From assembly GCA_000004695.1 (NCBI GenBank), contig CM000152.2, positions 1,504,001-1,568,000 of the forward strand: 64,000 nt of DNA. Reading direction: 5' to 3'. A model generated the notes under the pieces. The model worked only from the letters and a program-made list of their open reading frames with translations. It was not told the DNA's origin and searched no databases. Position 1 is the first letter of the stretch, and every line of letters starts with the position of its first letter. Shown here one piece after another: positions 13,215-28,058 of this stretch. The position numbers and the translations under genes were made by a program. Source of the stretch: Dictyostelium discoideum. Lineage: Eukaryota.

Positions 13215-14129
13215 TTATTTATAATAATAAATTGGTAAATCACATGAATAAATTGGACAATATAAAATTGGATCATTATAAGTGATTAGAGATAGACCAT
13301 ATTGACATTGAGGAATTGGCGTATAGTTACAACTTATTGATATTACAACACCGGTTGGAGGGGAGCATTTGGTAGTGTTATCAATTCTATTTCTTTTAAC
13401 TATGAAATATCGTCGGTCAAAACTTGTTGGTTCTGGGAATTGAGAATAGCAGAATTCAACTTTTGAATAAATTAAATGTAAAATTTGATTATAGTAAATA
13501 TGGTTATACTTATTTGGTTCATTGTAATTACCATGAGATTTCAAATTAAATATATAAATTGTATTGTTTAACCCAATATCAGAATCGTACCATTTATTAT
13601 CAAATCCTGGTAAATTTCTATATGGTGATTTAATTGAATTAAAATCTAATGATATTAATTCATTTGTACGTATTGATTTAAATTTTTTAATATTTTTTCC
13701 AATATTATATTCATTATATTTAAATTTATAATATTGAAATGAGTTTGAATTGTTAATAGTTATAGGTTGATTTCCATTTGGTATTGGTTGATAAATTTCA
13801 AAAATTTCAATTAAACAATTATTAAAATTAAAATGGGGACAGCAATTCTTTATATTTGCTTTAATAATTGATGTTTTTTCATTTTCAATTAAATATTGAA
13901 AATTCAATCCTTTTTCTAAAATTTTTATTGATTCTTTTTTAATAATATATTTATTATTTGAATAACTTAATTTTTTAAATTGAATTTTATTTGAACCTTC
14001 AATAATTTCATATTTAAAATATCCTTTTATATAGTTAATATTTTCATCATTTAAGTTTATTTCTTCATATGATAAAGAAATATTAAAAAATAATATAAAA
14101 AATAAAAATATTAAAATAATATTATTCAT
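13215..14129 (-). CDS. Hypothetical secreted Cys-containing protein (N-terminal signal peptide), single exon.
   Basis: 304-aa ORF. 'MNNIILIFLFFILFFNISLS' is a hydrophobic signal-like N-terminus. Several Cys pairs are present. No family is recognisable to me. Confidence 0.45.
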   Translation of the reverse strand: MNNIILIFLFFILFFNISLSYEEINLNDENINYIKGYFKYEIIEGSNKIQFKKLSYSNNKYIIKKESIKILEKGLNFQYLIENEKTSIIKANIKNCCPHFNFNNCLIEIFEIYQPIPNGNQPITINNSNSFQYYKFKYNEYNIGKNIKKFKSIRTNELISLDFNSIKSPYRNLPGFDNKWYDSDIGLNNTIYIFNLKSHGNYNEPNKYNHIYYNQILHLIYSKVEFCYSQFPEPTSFDRRYFIVKRNRIDNTTKCSPPTGVVISISCNYTPIPQCQYGLSLITYNDPILYCPIYSCDLPIYYYK

Positions 14130-14651
14130 TTTTAATATTTATATATGTTGATATATATTTTATACATTTGAAAATAAAAAAAAAAAAAAAAAATTAATAT
14201 TAGCAATAAATTAATTTTAAGATGAAATTAAAAAAAAAAAAATTAAAAAAAAAAAAAAATAAATGTTTAAATAAAAATAAATAATAAATATATTAACAAC
14301 CACATTTGTGTTTTTTTTTTGTTTTTTTATTTTTTTTTTTTTAATCGCCCTAATTAAAAAAAATTAAAAATTTATTCCCAACGTTAATAATAAATATTAT
14401 TTTTTTTTTTTATTTAATCTAAATTGGTAATTAATTTACTTGGGTTTGACACACAATATTTTTTTTATTTCATCCATTTCTTTTTGTTCTTTTTCAAACT
14501 CTTTTAAATGATTTTCTATATCAATCATATTTTCTTTTGAATTTTAAGATCCTTCAACCTCTCACTCTCCTTTTTACTTGGTAGGAACTGGTGACATGAA
14601 CTGCAAATTATTGCATTTGAGTGAAAAATGAATGAGATTTTTCACTTTTGG

Positions 14652-14683
<32 letters not shown>

Positions 14684-14796
14684 GGTTCTTCTGATTTTTC
14701 CACTAAAATCAGCCAAAAAAAAAAATCTAAAAACAGTATGGTTACATTAATTTTTTATATTTATATACTAAATTCATATAAATAAAATTTAAATTT

Positions 14797-14846
<50 letters not shown>

Positions 14847-15068
14847 ACCAGATTTTAATTTTTACCAATAATAAAAAAAAAAAAAAATAAAAAACAAAAA
14901 TTTTTTTTTTAATTTTTTAAAAAAAAAAAAAAAAAAAAAATTAAATTCAAAACAATTAAAAATTTTGATAAATATACAATATCTATGAAGAATAAATATA
15001 AATAATAATAAATATTTTGTTAATAGCAATTTATAATAACTAAAAATTATAGTAATAATAATAATAAT

Positions 15069-15111
<43 letters not shown>

Positions 15112-15154
15112 TAATAATAATACTAATATTAATAAATAATAATTAATAATAATA

Positions 15155-16075
15155 ATGACAAATACATTAAGTTCATTTAAATTAAAATATCCTGTAATAT
15201 TATCACATGGATTATTTGGGTTTTCTAGATTAGGACCACTTGTATACTTTAATAATATTATTCAACCATTAAAACTTTATGGAATAAAATGTGAAGCTAC
15301 AACTGTTCATCCCACAGATAGTATAAAAAATAGATCATTAGATCTTTACAAACAAATGAATGAAATAATGAAAACTTATAATACTGATCATTGTCATTTT
15401 ATAGCACATTCAATGGGTGGTCTAGATAGTCGTTATTTAATTAGTCATCTGGATCAAAATCAAAGTGTTTTATCATTAGTTAGTATTATTATTATTATTA
15501 TTTTTTAAAAAAAAAACAATAAATAACTAATTTATTTAAAAAATACAAAAATAAAATTAAATTAATTATAAAAAAAGACAACATTATCAACACCACATAG
15601 AGGTAGTTATATTGCAAAATGGTCAATTGAAAATATAACAGAAAGATTTTATTTTGAAAAGTTTGCAAAAATTCGTAGTATACCATTTGAAGCAATTGCA
15701 AATTTAACACCAGATTACCTGCAAACTGATTTCAATCCAAATGTTTTAGATCAACCACATGTGACCTATTATAGCTATGGTGCATACAAAGATTCAATAT
15801 CAAATGTATTCACACCATTGTATTATTTTCATGATATCCTAACTAAAAAAGAAGGAAAAAATGATGGTTTGGTAAGTTTAGCAAGTGCAAAATGGGGTGA
15901 ACAATTTAAAGTCATTTCAAATTGCGATCATAGAGATCTCATTAACTTGGGTTGGAGTGGTTATAATGCTTTTCCAATCTATGAAAATATTATTCGTGAT
16001 CTTTATAAATTAGAACAAGATTATATTACAAATCCAAAATTACTTTCAACTTTTATATTAAATAATAATGATGAA

Positions 16076-16138
<63 letters not shown>
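15155..16138 (+). CDS. Secretory-type lipase / alpha-beta hydrolase (Lipase_2-like). Exons 15155..15478 and 15578..16138.
   Basis: 'PVILSHGLFGF' and the nucleophile-elbow motif 'IAHSMGG' are present. 'TLSTPHRGS', 'NDGLVSLASAKWG' and 'CDHRDLIN' are lipase class-2-like motifs. The intron has a GTTAGT donor at 15479 and an AG acceptor at 15576-15577. Both exons are in the same frame. The protein ends in a poly-Asn tail. Confidence 0.7.
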
Positions 16139-16509
16139 TAAATAATAAATAATGTTAATAATAATAATAAATGATAAATTATAAATAATAATTAATAGTA
16201 ATTAATAGTGATAATTAAAAATAATGATATTTAATAATAATTAAAAAAAAAAATAAATAAATAAATTCTGATTCATTCCAGAATTTAAATGAATTTAATT
16301 AAAAGAAATACTGATTATTATAAAAAAAAAATCAAATAAAAAAAAAAAAAAAAAAAAAAAAAAATCAAAATTTGTAAATAAAAATAAAATTTGGACTCCA
16401 AGTAGTTTTCGAATGTTTTGATTAATATCTGTATTCTTGTTTTTTATTTTAATTTTAATTTTTTTTAATTTTTTTTATTTAAATTTTAATTTTATTTTTA
16501 TTAATTTTT

Positions 16510-16541
<32 letters not shown>

Positions 16542-16675
16542 CTTTTTTTTTCTTTTCATTTCCCACATAACAACTTAGAACACATAAATTAGTTTTTTAT
16601 TTTTATTTTTATTTTTTGTATTTATATTTGCTATTTTCACTATTATTAATATGGTCAGTAATCAAAACTCAAAAA

Positions 16676-16710
<35 letters not shown>

Positions 16711-16761
16711 AAAGAAAAAAAAAAAAAAAGATAAAAGTAATAATAATTGCATTAAATAAAA

Positions 16762-16888
16762 ATGTCAAATTCAAGTAATAATAAGAATTATAAACTTTTA
16801 AATAATCACCAACATGACGACGACGATGATGATGATGATGAAAATACAACCGATCTTTTACCAATTAATCGATTACAACATAATAGTA

Positions 16889-16933
<45 letters not shown>

Positions 16934-18195
16934 GTAATAGAATTGAAATCGGTAATGATAAAGATAGTCATAGAAACAAAGAGCAAGAAGAAGATGAAGA
17001 AGATGAAGAAAATGAAAATTTAGCTACGTCATCAACTACACTCTTTCAAAAAATTAAAAATAATATATCATCTTCATTTAGAAATAATAAAAGTAATGAA
17101 GAGAGACCTATTGTTATTGTGGATAATCAAAATCAAGACGAAGAAGAAGAAGAAGAAGATGATAGTCATATAGACTATTCATACTATACAGATGATATAC
17201 CAACCAATAATAATAATAATAACACCACTACTACTACTACTACATCAAATAGTAATAATACATCATTATCAAATGGACAACAATCTAATCAAATACCATT
17301 ATATTCTATAAATTCAATGCCAACATGGTTTATAAGATCTTCAAATGATCCATATAGTTTAGAAAATCATATTATTAATCATATGAGATCAAATAGTAGA
17401 ATAGAAACTTTACAACAACAGCAACAAAGAGCTGAATCTTTACCAGAGCAACAACAGCAGCAACAACAACAACAACAACAAGAATCACAACAAAATAATA
17501 ATAATAATAATAATAATACACCAACATTAGAAGGTATATTTAGACCATTTTCAAGTCATTTCTTAAGTGAACAACGTTTATTAAGTGATCAACAAAATAA
17601 TTTAATTAAAGAAAAGGATATAATAATAATACAACAACCAAATAATAGAATGTCAATTGGATTTAGTGATAGTAAATTTACAAATTATCTTAAAACTGGT
17701 GAACATAATCCATCAGGTTTCTATAATAGTTTTGTTCAAAATGATGAAATGTTGCAAAGACTTGCCTTGTTAACATCCCCAAATGCAACCACTGGTGCAA
17801 ATGATGGTGTAGATAATCTTAGTGACATTTCTGATTTCGGGATGTATCATTGGTCATATTTGGAATTGGAAAAACGTAAAAAACTTTTCCTTTCACTCTT
17901 ATGTATTCAACTATTTTATTATTGTATACTGCTTTCATCATTTACAACTTTCCATCCGCTCATTATCTTTTTATTCGTTGGCACTTTAAATAATATTTTT
18001 GCATTAATATCAACTAGGAAACATAGTGTACTCGGTTTATCAATTTATCTTTGTCTAGAGTTAATAATGTTGGCACTCAACTACTTTGTAAATTATACTA
18101 CCCTTTTCATTCTAAGAGCTTTAATTTTTATGGTTGGTTATAAACTACGTCATGAAATGTTAATGTTTCAAGCTTCTCATCCTTCTGTTTTTTAA
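16762..18195 (+). CDS. Hypothetical low-complexity protein with a C-terminal multi-pass transmembrane region.
   Basis: 477-aa ORF. It has poly-Asp, poly-Asn and poly-Gln tracts. The C-terminal ~110 aa are strongly hydrophobic ('LFLSLLCIQLFYYCILLSSF...', 'LGLSIYLCLELIMLALNYF'). Confidence 0.5.
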
Positions 18196-18208
18196 AATTA
18201 AAAATATA

Positions 18209-18270
<62 letters not shown>

Positions 18271-18379
18271 TAAAAAAATAATTAATAATAATAATCAAAA
18301 TGACAAAATGAATAATAGAAATAATAATTAAGAATTAATAATAATAAGAACAATAATAATTTACAAATCCAATAATATT

Positions 18380-18415
<36 letters not shown>

Positions 18416-18628
18416 CCATTAATTTCGCTCTGCAAAAAAAAAAAAAAATCAAGAGGTCTTTTAATTTTTTTTTTTTTTTCGAAATCTGATTTTGTTTTAA
18501 AAAAGGTTTCTTCTTAGTTTTTTGGGGAAAGACCGTCTTTTTTTCTTTTTTTTTTAATGTAAAATAAAGTTTTTTTTTTTTTTTTAAAATTTTGTACTTC
18601 ACATAATTTCTTTTTTTTTTTTTATAAT

Positions 18629-19623
18629 ATGATTAGATTTTTATTAAATAGTTTAATTGATGAAGAAGATAATAATAACAATAGTAATAGTAATAATAAT
18701 AATAATAATAAAATAAAAAAAGAAAAAGAAGATAATGAAACATTTGAATTAGTAAAAAATGAATTTTTAAAATTAATTAAAAGTATTGAAGAAACTAAAG
18801 AATCATTATACCAATATGTAAATAACTTTCAAGATGTATTTTTAAATCAAACTAATATTTACAATACTATAAAGAATAATTTTAGAGATGATCATCCACT
18901 TTATCATTATTCAAATCAAGTATTAGTAAATATTTCCAATGTTTTTAAAAATAGGAAAACCAATTTCGAAAAGAATATAGAATCAATTTTAAATTACTTG
19001 GACAAAGCAAATTATTTAAAATTAAAATTAGATAATTTAAATCAATTCCATACAAATATTATTAATAATAATAATAATAATAATCAAACTAATTTAAATA
19101 AAAAAATAATTGAAGAGTATTTAGATTTAAAAGTTTTACTATTTAGTGAACTAAAATCATTTTTTGATGAAAGAGTAACATCTTATGATTTACCTTTAAT
19201 TAATATTCAAATGATTTTTAATATTGTTTACGATGAAATTGGTATGGTTTTTAAAAATAGTTTAGATTTTTTAAAACAAACTAATACTATAAATATAACA
19301 ACTTTAAAAACTGTTTTAAATAGACCAAGTGGTTTTTATTCAACTTCAAAAATTAATAATAATAATTATAATAATAATGATTTTATTTTACCTCCTCATT
19401 TAAATGATTATTCTTCTTATCAAGAATATCAAAAAAAATTAAATCAACCACCACAACCACAACCTCCACAACATATAAATCAACAACAACAACAACAACA
19501 ACCAAATCAAACTCTTAATCAACAAAATCATCATGAAACTCAATTACGACCCCAAAGACAACCACAAAACCAACCAAATAATTTCACTATGTATCCTTTT
19601 GAATTGTACCAACAACCACAACC

Positions 19624-19693
<70 letters not shown>

Positions 19694-20296
19694 CGGCAGC
19701 AACCTTACCCAAGGAGAACTCCAGTTTTCCCAAGGCCTACTCCAACAATGCCCACAACAACTTCACCTCAATCCTCGCAATTACCAATTCAAGAAATATT
19801 GGTATCATGCCCAATTTGTTCAAACCAATATAGAGAAATAGAAATTAATGAGCATATTGATATCCATTTAAATGAACAATCACAAATTAATAATAATAAT
19901 AACAATAACAATAACAATAATATTATTAATGGAAATGGTAATAATAATTATCAAGGATCATACGATTTAATAGAGCCTATGGATACCCCAACTACCACAA
20001 CTACAACTACCACAACTACTACAGCATCCCATATAATTGAGCCTCTTTCTTATGACCAACAAAACTCAAATAGTGAATCTAAACCAACTAAAAGGAAGAA
20101 TAAAAAAAATTTACTAAAGAAACTAGTTAAGTTTCTCTCAAGATCAAAGAAATCAAAACCTAAAAAATCAAAAAGAATTAAAAAAAATACAAACACTCCA
20201 AATATAATTGATATTACAAGTGTTGATACAAGTAACAACATTGTTGATAATAACAAACCCATTGAGTTTGATAAAACTCCTATCAATTTCAACGAC

Positions 20297-20337
<41 letters not shown>

Positions 20338-20418
20338 TAATAACAATAATAACAATAATTTTCCAGGAAGTAGTAATAATTATTTAAACGCAAGCAATTC
20401 TACAAGACCTCAATCACC

Positions 20419-20507
<89 letters not shown>

Positions 20508-21694
20508 GATCATATCAATTACTAAAGGAAAAAGAGAATAAAATCAAAGTAAATTTAGTAGATAAATTGGTTCGATTTGAATTTAAAATGCCAACAATAT
20601 TTGAACCATCATTAGAAAATTATTTATTCGATTATGAAGCACATAAAAATAGTAAGTAAAATATAATAAAGCAAACTGTTAAATATATTAAAGAAACTAA
20701 TAGATTATTTTTAAAATTAGTGTGGGATAAAAAGCCATTAAAATTGGTGAAAACCCACAAACATACAATAAGATATGTATTAACAATACAAGTTTCAAAA
20801 ATAAGTGGTATTGTTTATTCATCTACCTATTTTATAAATAAACCTCTTAATTTATCAAGTCAATTTGTTAGGTCATCTTCATTTTCAGCATTTTCAGTGG
20901 ATGGAAAACAAATGCTTTGTGATTCAAAATTAATTAAAACCAATACAAATCCAATCTATAAATTATTTTATAATAAACCAATATCAAATTATTTATTAAA
21001 ACAAGAAATTGAAGTAGACTTATTTAGTGTAAAATTAACTCAAATTGATATTGGAGATGGTGATACCACCGATGTTGTTGTCGTTGAACCACTTTCAATT
21101 CAAGAAAGAGATTTCTATCTTATACAAACTTATCCACCAACTGAAGAATTTAAACAATTCATAGCCTTTAATAAACTATCACCTCAAATCACATCAAATG
21201 GTGAAATGGAATCTTTATTATGCTTTGCATACAGAGTTACATTATACATTAGGAAAATTGAATATTTAAAAGAAGCTGGTGATCAAGAACCAATGGAAAC
21301 TATAAGATCGGGTAAAGCAAATTGCACATCTTTTTCAATTTTATTCAGTTCAATAATGAGATTTAATGGTATACCATGTAGAACTATTATCGGTAGAAAT
21401 GCTGGTGCATTTAGAAGTGAAATGGGTCATGCCAAGAATGAATTCTATCATCCATCCTATGGTTTTATTCCAGTGGATTGCTCATTAAAAGATAACTCAG
21501 TTTACAATACTCATTGTTTTGCTGATCATTCTGGTGATCTTTTAGTACTAACTGTTGAAAATATTACTTGTAAAGAATTTAATCAAAATGAAAAATTATC
21601 TCTCATTCTACCAGCAACTCTTCATTCTTATAATCAAGCAAGACCACCAGTTTTTACTCCTTTTACTGATAATTTTTCAATATTAAATTGTTGA
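18629..21694 (+). CDS. Large N/Q-rich protein with a UBZ-type zinc finger and a C-terminal transglutaminase-like (papain-fold Cys-His-Asp) domain. Exons 18629..20651 and 20721..21694.
   Basis: 'CPICSNQYREIEINEHIDIHL' is a UBZ-like C2H2/C2HC finger. The C-terminal 'GKANCTSFSILFSSIMRFNGIPCRTIIG...H...D' is the core motif of the transglutaminase-like superfamily. The two ORFs are 60 bp apart and join through a 69-bp intron (GTAAGT at 20652, AG at 20719-20720, phase 1), giving '...HKN|M|WDKKPL'. Confidence 0.6.
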
Positions 21695-22542
21695 AAATTA
21701 ATTAAATAAAAATAATAATTTTAAAATAAAAAAAATAATAATAATAACAGTGCTCCCAAATTTAAATAAATTTTTTTTTTTTTGAATGGAATAATTTTTA
21801 TCTAAACGAACACTGGAATAAAGAAATTAACAAATTTTATAATGTATTAATAAAATTCAGCAATCTCTCATTTAATAATTAATTTAATCTATTTTTAATG
21901 AAAAAAATTCTTAAAATATGAAAAAAAATATTAAAATTCAGCAATCTCTCATTTTTTGATAATTTATTATAAAATTTTTTAATTTCTTTTTTTCATTGAA
22001 TATTTAACCTTTTAAAATAAAAATAAAGTAAATAATAACCAAGGCTTATTTTTTAAAAAACTTTAACAAATATTTAATTTAATTTTATTAAAAAAAAATA
22101 AAAAAAAAAAAAATAAAAAAAAATGAAAATCGAAGTCCATTAAAAAAAAAAATTTCTAAATTTTTTTAAAAAAAATAGAAATTCAATTAATTAAAAATAA
22201 ATAAAAAAATTTTATAATTTTGATTTCTTTTAATGGATAAATCTAAAAAAAATAAATTATAAAATAAAAAAGAAAAAAAAATCCATTGGTGTCATGTCAC
22301 AACATTTTTCAATCCAAACCGACATGTTGATATTTAAAGTAAAAAATTAAAAATAAAAAAATTAAAAATAAATAAAAATATCTAAAAGTGGAATTTTTTT
22401 TTTTTTTTTTTTTTTATTTTTTTTTTTTTTTTTTTATTTTTTTTTTTTTTTTCTGGAAAATAAATCCTATTTAAACAGTTCAATTTTTTTTTTTTTTTAT
22501 TCAATCCATTGTTTTAAAATAAATGTGAAATAATAAAAAACA

Positions 22543-23969
<1,427 letters not shown>

Positions 23970-24088
23970 ATAATATGAATTAAAAAAAAATAAAAAAATA
24001 AAAAAAATTAAAAAAAAAAATTAAAAAATATAAATAAACCAATATATATAACACATAATCTATTATTTGTACAAGTTTATCTATTTAT

Positions 24089-24781
24089 TTATTTGTTTTC
24101 ATTTTCTTTAAAAATTAAATATTTTGTTTTAAAGAAAATATCAGTGGCAAAAAAGAAAATAAAATTTTCAATACATAATCTACCAATGTGATTTCCAATT
24201 TCTTTATAATATCCAAGATTCCATTCTAAAGGAACATCCACACCATATAATGCTCCCATAGTAACTGATGCTATACAATTACTAGCCAATGCACCAACAA
24301 CACCATAAGGAAGGAATTTATATAACTTGAACATTGAAAATCCAACGATTTTATTTGTACAATCTATGTGATCATCATCATCTTGATCTTCCTCTTCATC
24401 ACTAGAATATTCATCACTATCGGTATCTAAATCATCTTGGATTTCATTTTCTTCATTTTCCACAACTTGTTCTTTGTCATTTTCAATATCGGTCAATTGA
24501 ATCATCTCTTCTCCAGATGATAATTTATTTACAAGTGTTAATGAACCAATAATAAAACCTGCTCCAAGTGTTGAAACCAAAGTATTTAACAAATTATTTC
24601 CTTTATATGTTTTGATACCTTCGCCAAGTAAACTTAAATATAAAAATCCTTTTACAACTTTAATGGTGGTTCTGTTTGATTGTCTTAATAATTTATAATT
24701 ATTATTATTAACATTTGATTGTTGTTTTATTGGATTTTCAATTCTTTCTTTTGTTTCATCAATTTCTTTAACTATACCCAT
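24089..24781 (-). CDS. Hypothetical membrane protein with an acidic D/E/S-rich segment and predicted TM helices.
   Basis: 230-aa ORF. 'FLYLSLLGEGI...GAGFIIGSLTLV' and 'LPYGVVGALASNCIASVTMGALYG' are hydrophobic segments. An acidic block 'DDLDTDSDEYSSDEEEDQDDDD' is present. The family is unknown and the exon structure is not verified. Confidence 0.4.
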   Translation of the reverse strand: MGIVKEIDETKERIENPIKQQSNVNNNNYKLLRQSNRTTIKVVKGFLYLSLLGEGIKTYKGNNLLNTLVSTLGAGFIIGSLTLVNKLSSGEEMIQLTDIENDKEQVVENEENEIQDDLDTDSDEYSSDEEEDQDDDDHIDCTNKIVGFSMFKLYKFLPYGVVGALASNCIASVTMGALYGVDVPLEWNLGYYKEIGNHIGRLCIENFIFFFATDIFFKTKYLIFKENENK

Positions 24782-25247
24782 TTTATTATACCAGTTGGAA
24801 ATATAATTGAAATAAAAAATAAAAAAAAATAAAAAAAATAAAAAAACAATCGTTTTTTTTTTTTTTTTTGTTGTATTTTTTTTTTTTTTTTTTTAATTTT
24901 TAATTTTATTTTTTTTTAAAAAAAAAAAAAACAGGAAAAAGGATTTGGTTTTTATTTGAAAATTAGTAAACAGGTTTTTTTTTTTTTTAATATCTGGCAA
25001 TTCTAATTTTTTGGAGGTTATTAAAATTTATAACCCGATTTTTTAATTTTGCCTAAAAATAAATAAAAAAAAACATAAATACTTTCATAATATCTATTAA
25101 TATATCATCATAATTTTTATTTTTATTTTTTTTTTTTTATTTTTTATTTTTTATTTTTTTTGGTTTAATATTTTTTTTTTTTACGTGCAAATTTTTTGAA
25201 AATTACATGTTTCATTAAGTTAAATTGAATGCATTATTATTTTTCGA

Positions 25248-27167
25248 TTAATTAGTGAGAACGGTACCTTTTTTAATTTCACCCTATTTATAAAAATAAA
25301 AATAAAAAAAGATTGTTGATTAGTTTATGAACAATAATAATAAAATTTTTTTTTTTTTTTTAAAAAAAAAAAAAACATACCCAACCAATAAGTCTCCAAT
25401 TTTTATCGACTCTTCTTGATAAAGCGATTTTTTCACCTTCTTGAGAACAAACTGGAGTTAAAAGTTGAAGTTTAGCTAAATCATGTTTAACAGCGACGAC
25501 ACGACAACCAGTACTAGTTGAACCAATGTTAACCATAAGGGTATCTTCTTTGGATAATTTTTTAACTTTACTTTGTTTATCACCATCGGATTTAACACCT
25601 AAAAGTCTACGTAAGAGGAAAAAGTTAACTTCGAGAGCGACGAAAATTTCTGGTAATTTACCGACTGAACCTAAAACTTGACCAACCAAACGATCAGCTC
25701 TGCAAAGGGTTGGATCGATCTTTGTACCAACACCAATTAAACCACCTGGTACAGCGTATTGAAGTTCATTCTCTTCAGCAAAGAGAGAGATAATTCTACA
25801 GAAGATTGGGGAACATTTGATTTTACCATCCAATTCCTTACTGATAACACCTGGACGAACTTCGATTTCATCGCCAATCTTTAATACACCCTTCAAGATT
25901 GAACCACCAGCAACACCACCTTTAATTTCATCAACACGAGAACCTGGTTTATTGACATCGAATGAACGAATAACGATCATACGTGGATCTGATGTAAAAT
26001 CTCTAACTGGGATTGGAATCTTTTTAACAATGTATTCACAAATGACATCGATATTGTATTTCATTTGAGCAGAGATTGGAATGATTGGTGCATTCTCTGC
26101 GATTGTACCTTGAATGAATTTCAAAATTTGACCATATTGTTCTTGTGCTGCTGCTTCCTTTACCAAATCAATCTTATTTTGAAGAATGATAATATTTTTA
26201 AGATTCATAATTTCAATAGCTGCAATGTGTTCACTAGTTTGTGGTTGTGGACATGATTCATTACCTGCAATCAATAAAAGAGCTGCATCCATAACTGCTG
26301 CACCATTTAACATAGTTGCCATTAAAACATCATGACCTAAAAAAATTTATAAAAAAATAAAATAATAAAAATAAAATTATTTAAAAAATGAATATCAAGT
26401 TTTTGTTTGTTTAACCAATTCATTGAAAATAAAAATAAATAAAAAAAAGGTGGTTAATATTTAATTGAGTGACTAAAAAAAACATACCTGGACAATCTAC
26501 AAAAGAAACATGACGTAAGAGAGTCATTCTACCACCACAACCTGGTCTTTCACATTGTGGATTATCTTCAGTATTTGAACGTGCTGATTTGTAACAACCT
26601 GGTCTTTCACATTGTGGGTTATCACATTTATAAATCTTTGCATTTGCATAACCTAATTTAATTGTAATATTACGTTTGAATTCTGATGTAAATCTAACTG
26701 TCTATTGATTGGGTTTTGAATTTTATTTGAATAATATTAAATTAACAATCATTATCATCATCGTCATAATCATAATCATTTTTACCATAACCATCATTAT
26801 TATTATTACCAATATTGTTGTAAATAATATCAATACCATCACCATTATTAAAACCAATTATCATTATTTTGAAAGTAATAAATTAAAAATTAAAAAAAAA
26901 AGAGAAAAAAATGGTTAGTAAAAGTTGGGTGTGTGATAAAATTTTTAATTTTTTATTTCCAATTTTCTTAAAAAATTAACAAAGACATACCAAAACACCA
27001 GAGATTGCTTTAACTACAGTACTTTTACCATGAGCTACATGACCAATGGTACCAATATTAATTGTTGCTTGTCTACTAATAACATTTGGTGTTAATGGGG
27101 TCAATTCATTGACATTCAATAACTTTACATCTTGAACTGATAAATTTGGTTTATTTTTAGTTGCCAT
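25248..27167 (-). CDS. Translation initiation factor eIF2 gamma subunit (EIF2S3/GCD11 family GTPase). Four exons on the minus strand: 27167..26991, 26701..26488, 26336..25381, 25283..25248.
   Basis: The G1 motif '[22 protein letters not shown]' is present. '[48 protein letters not shown]' is present, and the protein matches human eIF2-gamma almost residue for residue down to 'RLIGW|[11 protein letters not shown]'. Minus-strand donors are GTATGT (three times); acceptors are AG. Phases 0/1/0 are consistent. Total 1383 nt = 460 aa. Confidence 0.85.
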
Positions 27168-27369
27168 CTTTAATTTCTATTTAAATTTTAAATACAAAAT
27201 CTATTAAGTGTTTTTATTATCAAAAATTTAAATATCTAGTTTTATATTATTCTTTGTAAATTGTATAAATTTATTTATTTATTTATTTATAAAGATAAGT
27301 GATGTTTTGGAAAAAAAAAAAAAAAAATTTTAAAAAAAAAAAAAAAAATTAAAAATGAAAAAAAATTGA

Positions 27370-27406
<37 letters not shown>

Positions 27407-27740
27407 GGTTAGAAATTCATCATTTGTGCTTCGTTTTTTTTTTATTTTTATTTTTATTTTTTATTAATTTATTTTTTTTTTTTTGGTTTATTTTTAACTT
27501 TTAAAATTGGGAAATAAATATTATTTTGTATTTTTATAAGAATATTGTTTTTTTTTTTTTAACAATTTTATTCCTTATTAAATTTCAATATTGGTTTTTT
27601 TTTTTTTTTTTTTTTTTATTGGAAAAAAATTGGTTTTTGGAAAATATAGATTTACATCCATAATATCAAAAATCGATATTTTTAGTTAAAAAAAAAAAAG
27701 TATTTTGTGTGTTTTTTTTTTTTTTTTTTTTTATTTATTT

Positions 27741-27791
27741 AGTGGTCATATGTTATAAAATAAAAAAAATTATTTAAATCATATGACCACT
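27741..27791. other. Perfect 12-bp inverted repeat (hairpin candidate) 'agtggtcatatg'(27 bp)'catatgaccact' in the eIF2-gamma upstream intergenic region.
   Basis: Read directly from the sequence. The GC-containing stem carries NdeI-like CATATG cores. The loop is AT-rich and partly symmetric. Confidence 0.8.
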
Positions 27792-28027
27792 TAAAAAAAT
27801 AGTCTAAATGTGTATTAGTGATATAAGTAGATTATTTTAAAAAGTTTCTTTTCTCGTTTATAAATATGAAAATTTGATTTAATAAAAAATAAAGAAAAAT
27901 AATAAATTTTTTTAGGTGGAGATTTCGATTTTAGTTTTAAAATATATTTGGATTGCAAATAATTTTTTTGAGATTTTGGAGGGTGGTTTAATTTTTATCT
28001 AATTGGAAAAAAAAGGTTAATTAAAAT

Positions 28028-28058
<31 letters not shown>

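Noticed and set aside
18282-18602. Minus-strand 106-aa poly-Lys/poly-Phe ORF; similar junk ORFs at 5993..6288, 6300..6524, 6778..6966, 36860..37193, 45629..45832, 46235..46483, 55349..55531, 59554..59844.
   Set aside because: These are translations of A/T homopolymer intergenic DNA. They have no complexity, and many start with alternative (TTG) starts.
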